NCBI GenBank assembly: GCA_016748015.1
Contig: JAAOMT010000200.1
Coordinates: forward strand, 184,984-248,983
DNA length: 64,000 bases
Direction of reading: 5' to 3'
Source: Geosiphon pyriformis uo1
Taxonomy: Eukaryota; Fungi; Glomeromycota
Below the pieces are notes generated by a model. That model had not been told where the DNA came from, made no database searches, and worked only from the letters and a program-made list of their open reading frames with translations. The position numbers were made by a program, and so were the translations under genes. Shown here piece by piece: positions 11,602 to 23,785 of the stretch (position 1 is its first letter; every line of letters starts with the position of its first letter).

Positions 11602-14600
11602 GTGGTGACCACACTAGACACAACAACTCTAGAGTATCATCAGTCAATTTACACTCACTGCAAGCAAAGATTCAACATTCCAGACGGAATTGAAGTTGTT
11701 AAGAAATCAGTATACCAATATATTGAAAATTGCATCAACAATTATCTTTTTGGAAACTACAACATTTCAAAAGTTAGAAACAACCTCTACAATAATTTAG
11801 TGCACTATTCACAATTGGGAACAGAAGATCTGAACAGTAAAACACTTGCTACCTACTTTCAAGAACTTAATTTTAATATTATTGAGTACTGTGAAGAAAA
11901 ATACCCAGTACAGCCCAAATACTCTTTTAACTTTGAATCAGAAACAGAGACAAGCAACAAAGGCAAACAAAAAGTAAAACAATACTCAAAAACCACTCCA
12001 AACACTCCAATACTATCAAAAACAACTGCCAAACACTTGCAAACACCTGAACAAGGAACCAGTGTCAAATTACCACTTTCTATTACACCATTTCCAATTT
12101 TACTTGTTTAACCACAAACACCAAGTTCACCACTTAACCATTTTTCCAGACCAGAAGATTTTCAGTTACCTAGAAATCTTACTTAACAACAAGAACCAAT
12201 ATTAACAAGTGCCAATATCATTGATTACTTACAGGAAAACGAAAGTAATTATTCAGAAAGCTTGGAAAGTGAAGAAACTGAATCAGAACCAGAAGAAATC
12301 ACAGGAAATGAAGAAGAAATGGCAACTGCTTACATTGCAAAAATTCCAGAATTCACTAGTGAAGACAATGATACCAGTCCTTAAGAATGGCTTGACAAAA
12401 TTCAAAAAGCAGGAGATGCAAATGGTTGGATTGCAGCAAGAATGCTTAAAGCAATTCCCTACTTTCTCCAAGGAACAACAGGAGAATGGTTTGAAAATTT
12501 AGAAGAACCATTTGAAAACTGGCAAGCATTCAAAGATGTTTTTCTACAACAATTCACTGACAACAATACCTCTATCACTCTCAGAAACTGCTTTCACAAT
12601 ATCAAACAAGAAACATTTGAAACTGTTATGATCTATCTTGGAAGATTTAACAAACTTCTCAGACGAATCTGACAATTGGAAACCAATGACTACTATTCTA
12701 ATGCTCAAATTCTGGATCAGTTTATAGCAGAGTTAAAAGACAAACTGATTAAGAAAGTCTGTCCACATGCTCCAGCAGACTTAGCAACTGCTATTAAACA
12801 TGCAAAGAGCTATGAAATGGCAATGGAAGAAGCAAATCACACCAAGCTTGTAAATCTTGCAATTGGAGAAACCAGCTCAGCAGCTGAAGAAAAAATAGAC
12901 TAACTCACAAAGAAAGTTGAAAGCTATTTTACAAACCAACAACAACAGCAACAACAATTACAAAAATATCAACCACCACCACAATGATACAACCAAAACA
13001 ATTTTGGATCACCATCCAACAACCAACCTCAAAATTGTCATTATTGTGGAATTTTAGAACACTGGAAACGAGATTGTAAGAAATTACAAAGAGACCAACA
13101 AAACAGGAGTAATCAATATTACTCTTCACCACAACAATTTTATTACCAATCTCCACCACCAACCTATTATTTACTAAGACCACAAAATCAAAACAGTTAC
13201 TATCCACCAGTTCTACAACTAATACAGCAACAATATCAGCAACTTTTACCAATTCAGCCATATCAGACACTACCCACTCAATAATATTAAGTACCAGCAA
13301 GAAGATTGGTTCAACATAACCAATTCACACTCCAAAATCAATTGCAAAGTAACAACAACAGAATCAATCCAAATAATCAGTTGGTTTTCCGAAATTCTGG
13401 TCAGCAAAGACCCAATTACTATCATACTCAACCCAGTTATTTTACAATACCAGAGGAATCGGATTTTCAACAAACTGCACTTTCTGAAGATGAAGTTGCA
13501 GTACCAAGATCAAACCCTTCCAACCACACCATTCCATCTGCTCAAATTGCCCAAAATGCCAATCTGTCAGATATATTTCCATTTGAATTTGAAGCAAATG
13601 AATCACCATTTCTGCTTAGTAATACAGCAGTCAATGAACAGAAAGCAATTAATGCTATGTACACAGAAGCTACAGTAGAAGGAAAACTCATTCACTTAAT
13701 CTTAGATAGTGGATTGGCTGGAAGTATCATTACTTATCAGCTGATACAACAACTCAAATGAAACATAAACAGACCAGCTCAAACAGTTATTGTTACAGCT
13801 GATAATATGAAGAAGACTCCAGTAGAAGAAATTGATGATTTCCTCTTTACAATTGATGAAATTACCATTCCAGTTAAAGTTCTTGTTATGGATGCACCCC
13901 AATATCAAGCTCTAGTCAGAAATAATTGGCTTCTCAAGACCAATACAAACCTGAACTGGGAAACTCAAGAACTTAAAATCTTATACCAAGGACAATATAC
14001 CATAGTACCTGCAATTTGTGATACCTTTAACAAACAATTAAAAAAAGCTCCAGTATTTGAATTTGAAGAAGAGAAGGAAATGCCATTTACTGAAACCTAT
14101 ATGGCTTTTGGATTACCATCCAATTGGGCTGAGGAAACAGAACAAGAGATTTTTGAAGAATCAAGAGAATGGAAGAAAGTTAGATATTCCACACCAGAAC
14201 CATAAAAAAAACCACCATACATTCCACTAAAATGCAAAGATTGCAAAAAAAAGCTTTCATCTATAAGAGCCTGTATTTCTCCAGAAGAAAAATACAAAAC
14301 TTATACTTGCTACTTCTGTGAAGCATGCCATAGAAAACGATTTGGATCCCCAAAGAGAAGTAAAAAATGGGACAAAACTCCTTGCCTTACTTGTGGAAAA
14401 AGGCTACCAGAAGAATGCAATTGGATTGATGTAACAATAAGAAAAGGAGTATGTAATCAGATCTGTCAATATGCTCTATCAATTTCGAAAAAAGTCAGAA
14501 GAGAAACACTATTTGATGCAGCATACAACAGTGCTCTCAATAAATTTTATTACTACCCTCATGATGCTGAAATGATTTTTGACCTAACAATGGCATTGAT

Positions 14601-17229
14601 CAATGGAGCCACCCAAGAAGATGTTCACCAAATGAAAGAAGTTGAATACATTGAGTATACTATAGAATTAGCTGAATTTGATTATGAAGATGAAGTAGAA
14701 ACCTACCACCAAATTGCAAGCCGCACATATCTGACCAAAGAAGCTCAAATTCAATGATTAAAGCAAATAAACATTCAATTGTGTGAAGAATGTGTTATGT
14801 TTTGTGATGACCAATAGTGTTTAGAATGTTATGCTCTTAGTATTCTTCTGCCAGATGAGAATGATGAAAATGAAATCGAATTTGGAATATCTGAACTAGT
14901 AGAAAAACTACCAACCACTTCCATCTATCTTCTTAAAAAGCAATCACCCCTACAACTTAAATATTTCAACAACCATGGCCAAAAAATCAGACCAGAAAAA
15001 GCACACGAAATTGATGTTGAATATGATCTAAGATACCCAGGAAAAAATACTTTGGTTCTTCAACCAAAGTCCTTGACAAAAATCAATCTTAAAATTGCTC
15101 TTAAAATACCACCAGGAGCAATGGTTCAAATTGCCTCCAGATTATCATTGGCAAGCAAAGAAATCAATATTAGAGGAAGAGTTATAGATGCAGAATACAC
15201 TGGAAACATTACCATCATGTTGCAGAATGAAACAGACAAACCATTTAAGATTGAACATGCTAAAAAAATTGCTCAAGCAAATTACCTACCCTTAATTAAT
15301 ATTTCGGGTCTACAATCAGTTAACAACAGAGAACAATTGGGAAAAAGTGAAAGAAAAATGCAAGGTTTTGGTTCAACTGGATGATTTACAGTTCCAGTAA
15401 ACATAACTTTTAATACACAAAATGAATCTCACCAGATTCTTCAACTTTCACAACCAATTACCATTTCATCTTTTGAAGAACATCACGAAATTTACACTTG
15501 CTCAAAACCCACTACTACCCAACAAATTTTTGAATCCAATAAACAAATTTGTTTGAAGCATGAAATATCAATTCTAAACGTTTATATTCCCAAAGGAATG
15601 AAAAAATTTTGAGTTACATTCTACAACCCCAATAATTACCCTATTGTCTTATTAAACAAATTAGAAATTGGAATCATATACAGCAATATCTTTCAAGATG
15701 AAAACCCTCAAATTGTCTCTAATTTCATCGAAATTGTAAAGCACACTCTACTCTCAAATCCAAATATCATTCGCACTACTGAAAACTACCACTTTTTGGA
15801 AAAAAAACTCTTTCAAATCAACATGGGTCTCTTAGAACCTCAACAACAAAGACAATTGAAACAATTGATAGCTGAATTTGCAGATATATTTGCAAAAGAC
15901 AACAATGACTTGGGAAAAACAGACATTGTTCAACATCAGATCCATACAGGAGATGCTTTACCAAAACATCAATAAGCTTATCAAGTGCCACCTGCCAGCC
16001 ACCAATTCATTAGAAAAGAGATCCAAAGAATGCTCAATAATGGATCAATTCAACCATCAAGAAATCCTTGGGCCTCACCAGTAGTTTTAGTTAAAAAGAA
16101 AAACGGAAAAATTAGATTTTGTGTTGATTATAAACAACTAAATAGTGTTACAATTGGAGATGTCTACCCTCTTCCAAGAATTAATGACATGCTAGATGCT
16201 CTAGGAAAAGCCAAGTTCTTCTCAACTTTAGACTTGGAAAGTGGATACTAGCAAGTCGAAATGAATCCAAAAGATAGACCCAAAACAGCATTCACCACTT
16301 AAAGAGGAAACTATGAGTTCAATGTTATGCCTTTTGGACTCTGCAATGCACCAACAACATTTCAGCAACTCATGGATGTTGTATATGAAAGGCTTTTATG
16401 GCAATCAGTAGTTGTCTATTTTGATAACACTGATATATACTTATCAAGCTTTAAGATTCATCTTATCCACTTGTGAGAAGTTTTTTAATGATTACGGAAA
16501 GCAGAATTGAAGTTAAACATTGAAAAATGTCACTTTGGAAAAACAAGCTTAATCTTCCTTGGACACATTATTAGCAAAGATGGAGTCAAACCAAATTCTA
16601 GAACAATTAGTGCTGTCAAAAACTTTCAAACTCCCAGAAATACCACAGAACTATGAGGATTTATAGGATTAGCCTCTTACTATCAAAAATTCATAAAAGG
16701 ATTCTCAGAAATTGCCAAACCACTTAATTATCTTACCAACAAAAACGTGCCATACAAATTGACTGAAAAACAACAAAAAGCTTTTGAAACTCTCAAAACA
16801 AAATTGACAACAGCTTCAGTTCTTGCTTACCCAGACTTCAACAAATGATTCCAATTAGCCACTAATGTTTTACACATACCATTTGGTGCCATTTTATTAT
16901 AATTGAATGAAAATGGCCAGGAACAAGTCATTGTCTATGCCAGTAGAACACTCAAACCAACAGAACTCAAATATGGCTCAACTGAATTGGAAGCCACTGC
17001 AGTCATCTGGGCTCTTAAACATTTTCAACAATACCTGAAGAATGGAAAAGAATTTGACATAATAACTGACAATATTGGCCTCAAATAGCTTAATAAAAAG
17101 AAAACTAAACAAAATGCCAAACAGTCTTGATGGAATGACTTCCTAGCAGACTACAGATACATTGCACATCACAAACCAGGAAAACTACACACCAATGTTG
17201 ATAGCCTCTCAAGAATGAGACAAGACTAA
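11602..17229 (+). pseudogene. Element B gag-pol (Gag, CCHC knuckle, protease, Cys-rich domain, dUTPase, RT, RNase H), single frame with premature stops
   Basis: All ORF-track fragments from 11602 to 16903 share one frame. Capsid motifs (KIPEF.., EWL..., YFLQGT..EWF, RNCF.NIKQ), CHYCGILEHWKRDC (13036-13077), LILDSG, NPWASPVVLVKKKNGKIRFCVDYKQLN, YFDN (YLDD), YASRTLKPTELKYGSTELEA, DSLSR. Confidence 0.95.
14950..15381 (+). pseudogene. dUTPase domain of element B
   Basis: AHEIDVEYDL, IASRLSLA, GRVIDAEYTGNI, KIAQA, RKMQGFGSTG: dUTPase motifs 1-5. Confidence 0.92.
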
Positions 17230-17286
17230 TACCAACAACAATTCTACCATAACTTACCAACCTACCAACAAAATAACCAAACAACA

Positions 17287-18671
17287 ATGAATCCCAGAAA
17301 CTACAGCAATCTTAAAAACTATTTGGAGACCCTTATCATGCCAGAGAATTGGTCTCCAAGTGAAAAACATCGTTTACAATACCAATCAAAACAATATTTT
17401 ATACACCACAACAAAATCTATTATAAAAATCACAAAAACTTAAACCAACCACTCAGATTAGTACAAGAGAATGAAAAAGAAACAATTTTATATAACATGC
17501 ACACAGATCTGTCTTCAGTACACTTGAGAAGAGATGGAACAATTCAAAGAACTCTTGAACATTATTTTTGGCCTTACATGCAAAAAAACATTCGACAATA
17601 TGTAGAATCTTGTGATAGTTGTTAAAGAAAAGAAAGAACTCACCCCATAGAACCTTTAAATCCAATCAAAGTTGGACAACCTTTTAACAAAGTTGGAATT
17701 GATTTAGTCAGACCATTACCTATCACAATCCAAGAAAATTGCTATATTGCAGTAGCAGTAGATTATTTTACTAAATGGCCTGAAGCTAGAGCCATCCAAA
17801 GAGCAGATGCAAAATCAGTAGCAAATTTTATCTATAAAGACATTTTTGTAGACATGAATGTTCAATTGAACTTTTATCTAATTAAGAAACACATTTTGTG
17901 AACAACTTGATACAAGAAATTTGTGAACAATTCAATGTTAAAAAATCTTTATCATCATCTTATCACCCTCAAACAAATAGACTTGTAAAACATTTTAACA
18001 GAACATTGTGTGAATCTTTAGCCAAAGTCTTAACAGACTTTGAGCAGGAATGGGATATCTTTATTCCATCAGTGTTACTAGCATACAGAACACTAAAACA
18101 AGATACTACAAAACACATACCATTTGATCTTACTTATGGAAGGACAGCAATATTACCAATTAATTTCACAATAAAAACATACTCAGTGCAACCAATCAAT
18201 GAAAAAAACTTTTAAGAAACACTTGAAAGAAAGGCCTACATTCTTCTTAGTACACTGGAGGGCAAAAAAAGAATAGCAGCAACTCATATTAAACATTTCC
18301 AAGCTTAATAAAAAGAAAGACATGACAACAAATTACCACCTATTACCAACAAATTTAAAGTTAGAAATAAAGTTCTTTTACACAAAACTAAGACTGAAAA
18401 ACAATGGAGTGAGAAATTTGAAAACAAATTGGATGGACCATTTTATATTCACAAAATTCTAGGCAATAGATCATACAAGTTAAGACTTGATAACAAAGTA
18501 CTAGTGAAAGTTGCACATGGAAATAGATTGAAACACTATTATTCCAGAAATAATCCTGAACCATTAATTCCACAAATTGGTACACATTCTCCTTTAATTA
18601 ATCCTGAAGATATTCCCCAAAATTTAGAACCAATAATTATAATAGAACAACAACCAAACTTGAACACTTAA
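17287..18671 (+). pseudogene. Integrase of element B (own ATG; one -1 frameshift near 17846)
   Basis: H..H...CDSC, VGIDLV, YFTKWPEARAI, SYHPQTNRLVK (E>K), YRT....TKHIPF, LDGPFYI (GPF/Y); no chromodomain seen. Confidence 0.92.
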
Positions 18672-18816
18672 ATTTCACAATAATTTTTTAATAAAAACAC
18701 AAAGACAAAAAATAATAAATAATTACAAAAAACATCTAAACCCAAAAACAAATAAAAACCCCATATTCAAAAATAATTTTCTTTATTTTCCCTTTTCATA
18801 ATTAGTCAATTTTATC

Positions 18817-19524
18817 ATGATTATTTCCCGAAATATTCTACAAATATCCCAAAAGTTAATGTTAGCCTTGAAAACACTTCCTGACTTATCCATAACGATT
18901 AATGGAAGTCAAATTAATTATGTTTAGAAAGAAACCACAGCTCCAGTAGTAAATCATCCACAGAACTATTATCCTTATAGAAGAAAAACAAGAAGTTACT
19001 CTGAAAATAGATTACCAAAACTTTTGAAGCAAGCACTGGAAGAAAATCTTTTAATTGCCCCTATTGACATTTTACCAAATGCTACAATGCAACAAAAACT
19101 TCTACTACTTCTCAATAAACAGAACAATAAACACATCCCTATCTATAAATACTTTCACATTGGAAAGACACTTTATGAACGAAAACTGGAACTTGAAGCA
19201 ACAAATCTCACTCCTGAAGCTATACAAAAACAAATTCACAATGAATTTAAAACAGCAGCTGGACCAACAAATACTTGCTACAAACTTAGAGCAGCTTTTA
19301 GACTTTATGATTTGTTTAATACTTGTAAAAATGTTCTACAAAATCTAATACTACAACCAATAAAAGTCCAATACATTGGCAAACTTACAGAACTGAAATT
19401 TCAACAATTTTCAGACCAGATTACTTCAATAATTTTGGATCACTATCTCAATATCACAGATAGTGCTTGGACTTCAACAGAGCTCAGTCTTAAGGAGAAG
19501 ATTATGTTACCAGTAGAATTTTAG
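18817..19524 (+). pseudogene. Extra ORF3 of element B in env position (unknown function)
   Basis: ATG 18817 is in frame with ORF 19024-19524, with a single in-frame TAG at 18925-18927; ~235 codons; reads through the PPT and stops inside the 3' LTR. Confidence 0.7.
19492..19501 (+). promoter_or_regulatory. Polypurine tract of element B
   Basis: AAGGAGAAGA, 3 nt upstream of the 3' LTR. Confidence 0.75.
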
Positions 19525-20441
19525 CTATTAATTAGCAGGAAAATTACCCTTATAATTCCTATAATTAATTAATATATTAATATCATTTCAAATTATCATT
19601 TATTATTTAATCAATTATCACATATTACGATTCAATTAAATAATCAAATTACACAATACTCTGAACTTTGTAACATTCTAAAATTCGCCGAAATTTATAG
19701 AAATTTGCCGAAATTATAAATAGTTCACCCAAATTAATCAATAGTTCAGCAAAATAACTTGTAGTTCATCAAAATGTATCTTTAGTTTGCCAAAATTTGA
19801 GCAAAGAGAAAAAGTGCAAGTTCATAGACTAGTACTACAACAAGTTGTATAAAAGAAGAGCTTTTCTCTTCAAGAAAATATATTTTACTTTAGATTTATC
19901 ACTAAAACTATTCCTACATACACAAAAAGAAATAAATATCAAATAATTAAAAAACCAAATTCTTTAATTATTGCACTTAGAAAATCCCCAAAACCCAACT
20001 AACATTTTGAAATTGATTAGCTACCAATTTCAGTAAACTGTTAATGACTCCAGGCCTGGATAGAAAACGTTTCCCTTGACAGAATTTAATTTCTTTTACA
20101 TTTCTTTTATTTTCTTTTATTTTCTTACTGTAATTATTAGGGTAGTCTACAGACAAGATTTCTGTAGAAGGATTGACTTTCACAACAAAGTAGCTACACA
20201 TTTTAGTAAGCTTCCAGATGAGCAATTTCTGGAAAAGAGTTGGCATTTACTACAACGTAACTATACAAAGTAACTGGCATGGAATTGGCCATTTCACTTA
20301 TAAGCCCAGCAGTTCAAATTATAGGAGATAATTTGAAGATAAATTCAGTTATTGGAGTTTAACTACTTCTAGAAAACGTGAATTTGCAACCAACAGACAG
20401 TTACAACATTCAAGAAAAGAGACCAAAAACCTCCAATAACA
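19505..20441 (+). repeat. 3' LTR of element B (937 bp)
   Basis: Direct repeat of the 5' LTR; only two 20-bp units and lacks a ~29-bp segment; other differences are mostly transitions. Confidence 0.96.
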
Positions 20442-23400
20442 ACATATTAGTGTGTAAAATAAAAAATTAGTCCAGATTAAGTTGTTTAAGAATTGGTTCA
20501 GTAACAAGTTTTTTCTTCAAAGTTTTAAAAGCTTTTTGTTGATAAGTGCTCTAATAATAATTAACATTTTTTCTGAATAGTTGATTAAGAAAAAAAGTGA
20601 TTTTAAAAAAATTCTTGATAAATTTACAGTAATAAGAAGCCAAACCAAGAAAAAAATGTAGTTTAGAAACATTCATGAGTTGTTTAATATTTTGAACTTT
20701 TTCAACTTTGATTAGGTCAGAAAAAATTTTATTTTTTGTAATAAGATGACCAAAAAACTGAGTAAATTGTCATTCAAAGAAAAATTTGATTGGGTTTATC
20801 TTGAGGCCAGCATTTCTAAGAAGATCAAAAACTTTTTGCAAGTGTTCAAGGTGTTTATCCCAGATTTTTGAGTATACTATTATGTTGTTCAAATAGACCA
20901 GAACAAAGTTTTCTTTTACTGATTCAAACACTTTGTCTATTAAGCATTAAAAGATAAAAGAAGCATTGGTAAGACCAAAAACATGACTGTGAATTCATAA
21001 GTGCTGTACTTGATAATAAAAGCAGTTTTCTTTCTGCTTTCTGAATTCATTTCTACTTGCCAAAATCCAACAATTAAGTCAATAGTTGAGAAAAAAGCAG
21101 CACTATTGAATTTGTTTAGCATTGCATCAATCTTGAAAAGTGGGTATATGTTTTTTATAGTAATAGCATTTAATTGCTGATAATTAATACAGAAGTGTAA
21201 GATTTCACCTTTTTTGAATACTACTACAACTGAAAAAGTCTATTTACTTTTGGTTTTTTGAATAAATTCAAGGTTTTTATTTGGCTTATCTCTTTCTTGA
21301 TAAACTTATTATTGCATCAATTAGATTGATAAGATTTTAAATAAATGGGATAAGTTTTTCTAATAGTAATAGTGTATTGTATTACATGAGTTTGTTTAAG
21401 AGTATTATTTTCTTTTGAGATAACTGGGCTATTTCTAACCAACAGATTTTCAATGTCTACTTTTTTTTCTTTAGAAAAGGGTTTTTTTTGTTCTATTGCA
21501 AGTAATTGGATTTTAAGTGGTTCATTTTCAAAGAACTTCTGTACTTTTTTTATTTTTTTTCTGAGTATTAAACTAATTGGCTTCCAATCTTTGTAATAGA
21601 TTAGACAGGACTTGTATTCATTACTAGGAGAATACAAGAGTTTATTACACCAATACCAGACACAAGAGTCATATCACTAATAACTGTATTTTGCTTTCTT
21701 GTCAGGTTTTTTATCAAAGGTTTTTCTAAGAATATTATAGTAAGACTAACAAATTAGCTTGTTATTTACAATAATTTTTTCTTTGTTAGCTTTAACATTG
21801 TTTAATGGCTTGTTATTGCTGGTGAAGATAGTATAAATGAATTCAGCAGTTTTTTTTTGTTTTTTTTTTTATCACTCTCTTCATTATTTAATTTATTTGA
21901 TTGCTTATCTTCTTGTTTCTGCTTGGGTACTGGAAGAATTATCCAATGGCAACACTTAACTATAATGAGTTTCTTATCATATCTAATGGTTAGTTTACAA
22001 AGTTTATAGTCAAATAATGCTTTGGCTTTCTTGAATCACTTATTACCAATAATAATAGTGTATTTTTTTGCTTCAAATACTTTCATGTTAGCTTCAATGC
22101 AGATGCCATTAATGCAAACAGAAACAGCTTTGGCTATACCAAGCCCTTTTTTTTTGTTACTATGTACATTAATCATAGACTTGATTGAAAGTTCATTAAT
22201 CTTTCTATCAATAGCTTTCAAGAAATGTTTGGCAATAACACTTACAAAAAATTCATTGTCTAGGATCAAATCAATAAAGTAATCAGCCATTTGGGCTTTA
22301 TAAATAAAGAGGGTAATATTGCTGTTGTCAGCAAGTTCAGCTTGGCAAGAGCATTTGTTGATTTTTGGTGTTTTTTTTTTTGGAATCAATGATTTGCAAA
22401 GATTTTTCTTGAACTGTAGATGAGTCATTAGTTGGCCAAATGTAATGTGTATTGAAGTTTCTATGAGATCTTTAACAATAGAATAAGAACCAGATTTTTG
22501 TATTATTTTTGGGATTTCTAACTTTGGAGAATTTTTAAAAACTTTAGCTTTTGGTGGCTTATTGTTATTAGCAGTTAATATGAATGCTTTGTTTGGGTCT
22601 AAAATGAAATTAACCTTGGCTTTTTTCTTTTTTCTTGTTGATTTAGAGATATTGATTGCTAGTTTATCCATATTATGGTTATTATTAGTTAAATTAAAAG
22701 CAAAAAAAAAGTTTTCTTCTAATTGGCTTGCACTTTTACTCTTTGAAAGTACATCTACTAGTTTAAAGACTAATAAACAGTGGTTTTAACTAGGAGATCT
22801 TTTCCAAAGAAATTGATGTTAATATAATTGGTTTTTTAATTGAGAACATTGTTGTTAATAGTTCTGTTGTTTTAATTGTTATTGTTTTTGAAAGCTAAAG
22901 AAAGCAAAAGAAGATTGTTGCAATCTCTGGAAAAATGTCCAGTTAATCCACAGCAGTAGCATACAGGTGGGTCACAATTTTGCTGTCTTTAATATAATAG
23001 TTGTTGAGGCTAATTAAAATAAGATTTAAATTTGGGTTTTTGTAGTTGTTGGTTATCTTTAACTGCTTGGGTTAAGAGTTTCAGTAACCAGGCAAAATTG
23101 GCTGTAAGTCTATCTATCAACTGTTTATTTGGGTTTTGAGTTTGGGCAGCAAAGAAGATAGCAGCCATTTGAAGAGCAGGAGTTATAACAGAAACAGGAG
23201 CAAAAACTGGAAGTGTGAATTCTAAGTGTATTTTTTAATTGTCTTTTATTTTCTGGTCAAGTTCAATAACCATATCTATTGTAAAATTATTTTTTAGAGC
23301 CAAGAAGAGCCAAAAAACATAGAAAAAATTAGTTCTCAATTTTTTTGTAAAGGAATGAATCTTTTGCTCTTCTGTTTAGTTTTTTTTAGAATCTATTTGT

Positions 23401-23785
23401 TTGATTAACTTTTTGATTGCTTTGGCATACTCAATTACAATTTTACCAGAATCTTGGGTTTTTCTTTTTAATTTTATGTGCTATTTGAATATTAGAATAA
23501 GAGTTTTAAATTTAGTTTCAAACTGGATTGTAAAAGATGTGTTTTCTTTTTTAATATTTGTTGGTGTCTATTTAATGATTTTTTGATAAGCACCAGCATC
23601 AGTTTTTTGTAAAAACCAAATAGCAGAAAAGTTTTGAAGATAGCCACCAATGATATGGAATTTATACTTAATATCATATTGATTGGTAATGACTGTTTTT
23701 TCAAAATTATCTAATTATTCAATTGGGTCTTGTGTATTATCTCTGAATAAAGGTAATAGGATATTGTTTTTTCAAGTTTGTATAC

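Larger units (their letters stand above)
10548..20441 (+). mobile_element. Full-length Ty3/Gypsy LTR retrotransposon, element B (inactivated by point mutations)
   Basis: Two LTRs TGTTA...TAACA; TSD ACAT at 10544-10547 and 20442-20445; PBS; PPT; gag-PR-Cys-rich-dUT-RT-RH, then IN, then ORF3. Confidence 0.97.

Noticed and set aside
18429-18671. Chromodomain at the integrase C-terminus of B
   Set aside because: The GPF module is followed by a Pro-rich tail with no Y.VKW.G-type motif.
18817-19524. Retroviral-type env gene
   Set aside because: No signal peptide, transmembrane segment or clear furin/fusion-peptide layout; kept only as an unknown ORF3.
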